Assembly: GCA_963793385.1 (NCBI GenBank)
Contig: CAWCAF010000037.1
Span: 15,075-79,074, forward strand
Length of the DNA: 64,000 nt
Source: an uncultured Acidimicrobiales bacterium
GTDB taxonomy: Bacteria; Actinomycetota; Acidimicrobiia; Acidimicrobiales; SZUA-35
Reading direction: 5' to 3'
A program made the position numbers and the translations under genes. The notes below the pieces were generated by a model, which did not search any database, was not told the DNA's origin, and was given only the letters and a program-made list of their open reading frames with translations. This document shows, piece after piece, positions 56,449 through 64,000 of this stretch; position 1 is the stretch's first letter, and each line of letters starts with the position of its first letter.

Positions 56449-57266
56449 CAACCCCCGCTCAACCCAAGAACCGACAGGGCTTCAAGCCGCCCTCCTCGGC
56501 CAAGAAGGAGTCGGCACCGAAGATCTCCGCCGATGGCAACTCCGGTCGCGGCTTCACGATCGCGGTCGTGGCTCTCGTCGTACTCGGCATGGCGGCGGTT
56601 GCGGTCCTCGCCAGCCAGCGGGACAGCGACCTGCCCAACGGTCCCCAGGTCGGTGATGTCACGATCGAAGGATCCCCGCTGCCCGAGTTCCACGCGCGAG
56701 ACCCAAATCGCCATCACGGATGCCACCACCGACGCCGCGGTCGGCCAGGTGGCTCCGACGATCACCGGCACCACCTTCGATGACCAGGAGGTCACGATCG
56801 GACCGGACGGGACTCCCAAAGCCGTCTACTTCCTGGCCCACCATTGCCAGTTCTGCCAGGCCGAAGTGCCGGTCATCCAGGGTCTGGTCGACTCGGGTCA
56901 ACAACCCGACGGCATGCAGATCTATGCGGTGTCCACCTCGGTCATCGATCGGCCCAACGCCAACTACCCACCCGAACTCTGGTTCAATCGCGAAACTTCA
57001 CGCCGGCAACGATCCGGGACAGCGGGAGCAACCAGGCGTTCAACGCGATGGGTGGCGTGAGCTTCCCGTATGTGGTGTACATGGACGGCGACAACCGCGT
57101 CCTGAGCCGGTCGGCCGGTCAGCTCACCGAAGCGGTGACGTTGGCGCTGTGGAACAACCTGGCAACGGGCACATCGATCGGTTCTGCCGAAGGCGACGGG
57201 GACAACTCGACAAGTGCAGACGACACCCAGTCCGGAACCGGTGAGGACTCACCGGTCGAGGAGTAG
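56445..57266 (+). CDS. Membrane-anchored thioredoxin-like (TlpA/redoxin) protein; frameshifted
   Basis: ATGA overlap with dsbB, TM helix, VGQVAPTITG, FLAHHCQFCQAEVP and SFPYVVY. Confidence 0.82.
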
Positions 57267-57274
57267 ATCTCGAC

Positions 57275-57751
57275 TCATCCTTCGGCCGGCGCTCGGCGTC
57301 GACGGACCGTCTGGGCTGAGAACACCGCCAGACCCGCACCTCCCACAGCTACGACCCACCATGCGGCCGACGTCGCCTCGCCGGAGTCGTCGAAGGGAAG
57401 TGCAGCAGGCGGCCCAGCCGGTACTGAGGTCCCCGTCAATCCTGACGGGGTTGCAGCCGGATCTCGAGGGTCGGACCCGGCCAGGTACTCGGTGGTGTCG
57501 GAGACTCCATCGCCGTCGGAGTCCGAACTCGAGGGATCCATCCCCAAAGCCACCTCGACGCCGTCGCGCAGTCCGTCGCCGTCGGTGTCTCCCAGTTCGG
57601 GGTCGGTCCCCAATTCGATTTCCTCGGCGTCGCCGATTCCATCGCCATCGCTGTCGGCCTGTGCTCCGGCCGGGCCGACGATCCAGAAGACGAGAACGAT
57701 CGCCAGGACGAGCACCCTCACGAGTGGCGGTCTGGTCACATCGACACCCAC
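57275..57751 (-). CDS. Small secreted protein with thrombospondin type 3-like Ca-binding repeats and a C-terminal anchor
   Basis: Signal peptide, three D(S/T)DGDG..D..E...G.DP repeats, then LPFDDSG, a hydrophobic helix and RRRR. Confidence 0.78.
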   Translation of the reverse strand: MGVDVTRPPLVRVLVLAIVLVFWIVGPAGAQADSDGDGIGDAEEIELGTDPELGDTDGDGLRDGVEVALGMDPSSSDSDGDGVSDTTEYLAGSDPRDPAATPSGLTGTSVPAGPPAALPFDDSGEATSAAWWVVAVGGAGLAVFSAQTVRRRRAPAEG

Positions 57752-57852
57752 AGGAGGTTCCTCTCTCGTACTCGGGCCTCCGTCAGCCCGTTGTTCACTA
57801 GATCGGCACGAAACGGCCCGCGCATGAGGAACTCGGCCGGTTTCGGCGTCAA

Positions 57853-60800
57853 TCAGGCCTGAGGCCGGCTGTCGTCCGGGCCGGCTGTCGGTCGGTTCCG
57901 GTCGTCGTCATCGTCGCGCTTGGTACGGCCGGCGATGACCCTGATGCCCTTTCCGCTGAAGAGGAAGAACCCGCCAACGGCGAGGAGGAGCAGGGTGGTC
58001 ACACCGGTCATCGGCAACGTGGGCACCGGAACCGGGATGGTCCTCGGTTTCTCGATCTTGGCGATCGCCTGGTCGCTGTTGTTCTCGCTGACGGCATCGA
58101 CCATCGACGGGTCGACGAAGGCGACGGTTCCGGGCAGATCGATCGATCCGGGCGTCGAGCGACGCAGCGTCACCGTGATCGGCGCAGCTGTCTGTCCCGG
58201 TAGGAGGTCCCCGGCGTACACCGCGTCGAGGACATCCGGACCCACCGTGATCGACCAACCGTCACCGGCGACGTCGACCAGATCGGAACCTGGTGGGAGC
58301 GGGATCCGGGCGGCGATACCGCCGGCGACGATCGTGTTGCTGTTGTTCACTGAGACGACGGTGAACGGCACCCGCTCGTCGATCTTGTAGGTGTCACTCG
58401 GCACCGTCACGCTGATGCCCAGGTCCAGCACGATCGGCGTGATGCCGGCGTCGACCCTAACCACGTCCTGGCCCGCTGCGAGTGACACCAGGACCGTACC
58501 GCTGGGCGGGTCGAAGTCGGAGTCGACGGAGTCGTCGTCGCCAACGTTGGGCGGGCTCAACGTGGAGCCGGCGGGCGGGGCGACCACCACGGCATAGTCG
58601 CCGGCCGGCAATCCGACGAAGGCGTAGGAACCGTCGGCCGCCGTCGTCATTTGTGACACCAGGTTGCCCGCTCCGTCGATCAGGGTGACCTCGATACCGT
58701 CCACGGCCGGATCACCCGAACTGATTCCATCGCCTTCGTCGTCAGCGAAGGCCACGCCGGTGACCGAGCCGGGCTTCTCGCCGAAGTCGAGCCCCGACAT
58801 CCCACTGTTGGTGAGGGTGAATGCGATCTCGTTGGGGGTGGAGTTGCTCCACTGCACGGGTTGGACTTCGCGCACGGTGTAGTCGCCGGCCAAGAGGTCG
58901 GTGAAACGATAGGCGCCGTCTGCGGCGGTCGACGCCACCGACACCTGAGTTCCACTGCCATCGAGCAACTCGACGACAACGCCGCTGAGGGGCGCGTCCG
59001 GTCCGTCCTCGACGCCGTTGGCGTCGTAGTCGAGGAACACGCGACCGGTCGCCTCAGTGCCGACCTCACCGAAGTTGTAGCCCGATCCCGTCGCCCCCGC
59101 CGGTAGCACGATTCCCGATATTTCATCGTTGATCGAGACGACACCACCAAGGCTGCCCGCGGTGTCGGCTCCATCGGCATAGGCGGTCGGCTGGTTCTCG
59201 GTGATCGTATAGGTGCCGGGGAGAAGGCCCTCGAACAGGTAGGCACCTGTCGAATCGGACAGTGTCGTGAGGCTGACAGCTGTGCCGTCGGCGTCTGTGC
59301 CGGTCAACGTGAGGAGGGTCCCGAGAATCCCAACGTCGGCACCGTCGAGCACGCCGCTCCCGTCGAGGTCGAAGTAGACGCGTCCCTCGAACGTGCCGGT
59401 CGTTTCGGTGAAGACGTAGTCGGATGCATCAACGCCCGGCGCCAAGACGATGTTGCTGATCAGGTTGGTCGTCGGGTCACCGCCAGCGGTTCCAGCTGCT
59501 TGGCCGCCTTCGCCGTAATTGGTCGGCTGGGTCTCGCTCAGCGAATAGTTCCCAGGACGCAGGCCACCGAAGACGAAGGATCCGTCGGCTGCGGTGACCC
59601 CGACGACGTTGACCGCGGCACCGAGATCATCGACGCCTTCCAGGGTGACCGTCACCGCCGGTATCGGATCGCCTGCCGCCGTCACCACCGAGCCGCCGAG
59701 GCTCGACGGGCGTATTTCGCCGAAGTCGTAGCCGAACCCACCGAAGTCACGCGGCAGCACCACACCGCTGATCACATCGTTCACGGTGGAGTCGCCGCCG
59801 ACCGTGCCGACCGTCTCGGCTCCGTCGAGGAAACCTGCCGGCTGGATCTGGGTGAGGGTGTAGGTTCCACCGACGAGGCTGGGGAAAGAGTAGCCACCGT
59901 CGGTGCCGGTCAGGGCCGTCAGGTCGACCGTCAGCCCATCCAGGTCCGTACCCGTGAGACGGAGCTCGACCGCCTCGATCCCGACTTCGCCGAGATTTCG
60001 CACGCCGTTGTTGTTGGCGTCGTCGTAGACCGACCCTGCCAGCACACCGTTGCCGTCGAGGCCGAAGTCGGCATCGAGGTCGCCGCCCCCGCTCGGGAGG
60101 GTGAGCTGGAATGGATCGTTGCCGGTGGTGACGACCGAGCCGGTCGGTTGGATCACCTCGACCGAGTAGAGGCCACCTGGCAGTCCGGTCAGAAGATAGG
60201 CCCCGGCCGCCACGGTCGTTGTGGTGTACGCCTGATCATCGGCGGTCCCGAGGGAGCCGTCGGGGCCGGCCCAGACCGCGATGACGTCGATGCCGGGCAG
60301 GCCGATATCGGTGCCATCCAGAACACCGTTTCCGTTTGCATCCGAATACACGAGATCACCGATGGTGCCGGGATCGAAATAGCCGGCGTCGAGGTCGCCG
60401 ATCAATCCACCGGTCGTGAGGACCACCGGCGTCGTCGTGCCGGTTGCCGGGTCGATGTCGGAGTCGATGGTGTCGTCGCCACCGACGTCGCGCACGGTCG
60501 GAACCTGACCGGGCGGCATCGAGTACTCGACGACATATGTGCCGCTCGGAAGCCCGCCGACCAGCCACGTGCCGTCGGCAGCGGTGGTCGTGGTCGCAAC
60601 GCTCGTGTCGGCTGTGCCGTCGCCGGAGGTGTCGGCCCCAACGTTCACCGTCAGGGTCCCGATCCCGGGCTCGGACCCATCGACGCCATTGGCGTCGGCG
60701 TCGAGGAAGGCCCTACCGGACAGAACCGCCGGTGGGGCATAGCCGGTGTCGGTCGCCGCAGTCTCGGAGGCGGCGTTGACCGACACCGGCTGAGGGTCGT

Positions 60801-63800
60801 TGGCGGTGGTCAGCAGGCTGTCGGCCGGGATGGAGGGATCGTCGCCGAAGACATCGATGGTGTAGTCGCCAACCGGTACGTCGTCGAATCGGTAGCGGCC
60901 GTCGGCGGCGGTTACCGTCGACGTGACGACCGACCCGGCCGAATCGATCAGGTCCACCGGGACGCCGGCGAGGACGACATCGGCGTTGTTGTAGCCCCGC
61001 GTCAGCGTCGGCGTCGAGGAACACGAGCCCGGTGACCGAACCGATCTGGATCACCGTGACATCGGCGGTGTCGCTATCGGCTACCGGACCACCGCCACTG
61101 TCGGTCCCGGCCACGTCGGCAACGTTGGTGAAGGATGCGGTCACGCCGGCCAGGATGCAGGAATAGTCCACGGACGCACCCGGCAAGAGATCACCGATGG
61201 TTCTGTCGCACGACGTGCTCATCGGGTCGGTCACGGTCACGTCGGTAAGGGCGACGTCACCGACGTTGGTGACGCTGATCTCGAAGGTCACGTCGTCGCC
61301 GGCGAGCACGGTTTGGGAGTCCGGTGTCTTCGAGATCGTGAGTGCAGGCGAGATGACGTCGACGATCGCGGTGTCCTCGTCGACCACGGGTCCACCGATC
61401 GGATCCCGCCCCGAGCCCGAGGCGGTGTTGACGAAGTCGGCGGTCGCACCGGCCAGGGCGCAGGAGTAGGTCACCGACTCCCCGACGGCGAGGTCACCGA
61501 GGATGCGATCACAGAGGGGAGCTTGCCCGTCGGTGACCGTGACCGAGCTCAGCGGGGTCTGACCCGAGTTGGTCACGGTGATCGTGAAGATGGCGTCGCC
61601 ACCGGTGTTCACCACCTGGTACGCGGGCCCCTTGACCAGGTCGAGCGCAGGCGTCAACACGGTTACATCGGCGGTGTCGGTGGAGGACCACGGATTACCG
61701 AGTTCGTCGACGGCGGTGACATCCGCCGTATTGGTGAAGTCGGATGCCACGGGCGACAAGGTGCACGAGTGAGTACTCGATGCACCGGCAGCAAGATCAC
61801 CGATCACGAGGTCACAATCGGGGGCGAATGGATCGACGACCTCCACGGCGCTGAGGTCAGCATCGCCGGTGTTGGCGACCGTGATCGTGAAGCTGACATC
61901 ACCGCCGACGACCACCGCTTGTGCGTCCGGGGTCTTGTCGATCGTCAGGGACGGATCGATCACGTCGACCGCTGCATCGTCACTGTCGGAGGCCGGATTG
62001 CCGAGGACGTCCACCCCGTCGACCGATACGATGTTCACGAGGTCGGCCGTCAGGGCATCGGAGTCGCATGTGTAGCTGATCGACTCGCCGACAGCGAGCG
62101 GACCGGTCGACGCGAGATCACAGTTCGGGACGGCCGGATCGGAGACGGTGGCATCGGTGATGTCCTGATCCCCGTCGTTGGTCACCGTGATCGTGAAGGT
62201 CGCCACATCGCCGCTGAGCACCGTTTGTGCGTCGGGCGTCTTCTGGATGTCGACGCCTGGATTCACGACATCGACAGCGGCATCGTCGTCATCGGTGAGC
62301 GAACCGCCGAGCGGATCGGACGCGTCCACGGTCGCAGTGTTGACGAGGTCAGCCACCACGCCGGCGAGCGTGCAGGAGTAGGCAGTCGACTCGAAAGCGG
62401 CGAGATCGGCCAGCGTTCGATCGCAATCGGGGGCCAAAGGGTCGGTGACGACGATGCCGGTCAGCGGGACGTCGCCCTGGTTGGTGACCGTGATGTCGAA
62501 GGTGGCAGTGGCTCCGGCCAGGACCTGCTGCAGGTCAGGGCTCTTGGCGATTTCGACAGCTGGTGTGATGACGGTGACGGCAGCGGTGTCCGTATCGGAG
62601 ACGGCGTTCGCGACCGCGTCGGCGCCATTCACCGTCGCGCTGTTGACGACATCGGCCGTGACGTCGAGCAGTGTGCAGGAGTACGACACGGCCGCACCGA
62701 GGGCTAGGTCACCGATCGCGTTGTCGCAGTCGGGGGTCAGCGAGTCCACGACCTCAACATTCGTGAGGTCGGTCTGTCCGGAGTTGGTGACCAGGATGTC
62801 GAATACGGCGTCGGACCCGTACCGAACGACCGAGTCGACGGCGGTCTTGGTGATATCGATACCGGGGGTGAGGATCGTGACGTCGGCGGTGTCGGTTGAC
62901 TGCACCGGGCCGCTGACCGGATGGTCACCGGTGACGGTCGCCGAGTTGGTGAAGTCGCTGGTGACAGCCGCCAGATCGCAGTTGTAGGTGATCGAAGCCG
63001 ACGCTGCGACGTCGCCGATCGTCCGGTCGCACGCCGGCGCAAGCGCATCGACGACCTCGACGTCGCTGAGCGGGACGTCACCGACGTTGGTGACGGTGAT
63101 GGTGAAGTCAGCGGTGCCGTTCACGATGACCGACTGGGTATTCGGCGTCTTGGCGATCAGGATGTCGGGAGAGATCACATCGACCGGTTCGCTGTCGGCG
63201 TCGGACACCGTGCCGCCGCCGCCGTCGGAGCCGGTCACGGTGGCCGTGTTCGTGGTGTCGCCCAGCAGACCAGCCAGGGTGCAGGCGTAGGAGGAGGTGG
63301 CCCCGGCGTCCAGGTCGCCGATGGCCTGATCACAGTCCGGAGCCTGCGGGTCGGAGACGACTACATCGGTGAGGGGGGCCGTACCCGTGTTGGTGACGGT
63401 GATCGTGAAGGTTGCGGTTCCACCGACAACGACCTGGGGTGTGCTGGTCGTCTTGTCGATACCGATGTTGGGAATGAGGACGTTCACGCCAGCGGAGTCG
63501 CTGTCGCTGACCGTGCTCGCCAACGGATCGGAACCGACGACGTCCACGATGTTCGTGAAGTCCGAGGTGACCCCGGCGAGGTCGCAGCTGTAGGTCACCG
63601 ACGCACCTACCGTCAGGCCACCGACGGCGTTGTCACAGGCCGGCGTCAACGGATCCGACACGTTCACATTCGTCAGGTCGACGTCGCCGGTGTTCGTCAC
63701 GGTGATCGAGAACGATGCGGTGCCCCCCGGGAGTACGTTCTGTGACCCGGGATTCTTTTCGATCCTGATCTCGGGGTCGATCACGTCGACGGCAGCGGTG

Positions 63801-64000
63801 TCGGTGGCCGGGACCGAGCCGCCGGCGGGGTCCGTACCGACGACGTTCACGACGTTCGTGAAGTCGGCGGTGACCGCTGCGAGGTCGCAGTTGTACGCAA
63901 CCGATGCGCCCACGGCCAGATCACCGATGGCGTTGCCACACAGCGGCGCCAACGGATCCGACACGTTCACGTTCGTCAGGTCGGCGTCGCCGTCGTTCGT
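57853..64000 (-). CDS. Giant cell-wall-anchored adhesin (DUF11/DUF7507-like repeats, SdrD B-like domains, LPxTG); 5' end outside window, frameshift near 60990
   Basis: At least nine ~101-aa repeats (K.P..Q.V..G..A.FTITVTN.G...L..V.V.D...P.CD...Y.C), about eight SdrD B-like units (G.V..D.D.NG), then LPMTG (58003-58017), a TM helix and a basic tail. Confidence 0.9.
61050..64000 (-). repeat. Intragenic ~303-bp degenerate domain repeats of the adhesin
   Basis: Variants of gtgacggtgatcgtgaag recur at ~303-bp spacing; nine full units plus one partial. Confidence 0.85.

Overview
A 64 kb window of high-GC chromosome whose gene content and protein style suggest an actinobacterium, probably Acidimicrobiia (inference). 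Many core genes carry single-base frameshifts, best explained as uncorrected long-read errors, so several CDS boundaries are stitched across frames. The left 39 kb is a respiratory island on the minus strand. It holds (i) a cluster for an atypical split, b6-type Rieske/cytochrome b complex with mono- and di-heme c cytochromes, a 2x[4Fe-4S] ferredoxin and two unknown membrane proteins, with a Rex/CRP-like operator inside it. This runs directly into (ii) a complete 14-subunit complex I (nuoA-N). About 6 kb further lies (iii) a second, divergent 11-subunit complex I lacking nuoEFG. The most striking unexplained signal is a short basic motif, IP(E/A)(H/A)L(L/R)(K/E)R(S/A), on flexible cytoplasmic tails of three different proteins: the monoheme cytochrome c, subunit IV (twice) and NuoC of the EFG-less complex. 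NuoL of the full complex also carries a ~150-aa predicted coiled-coil insertion. Together these suggest an undescribed ferredoxin-linked respiratory supercomplex (hypothesis). The rest contains glgB, ppk2, dusB, pgi, lysC, asd, ppiB, hbd, aat, meaA, pccB with an unannotated epsilon subunit, dsbB plus a redoxin, three DUF4214-like surface proteins, two degenerate signalling proteins, a 121-bp intergenic tandem repeat and a giant LPxTG adhesin running off the right edge. No rRNA, tRNA, CRISPR array or transposase was recognised.
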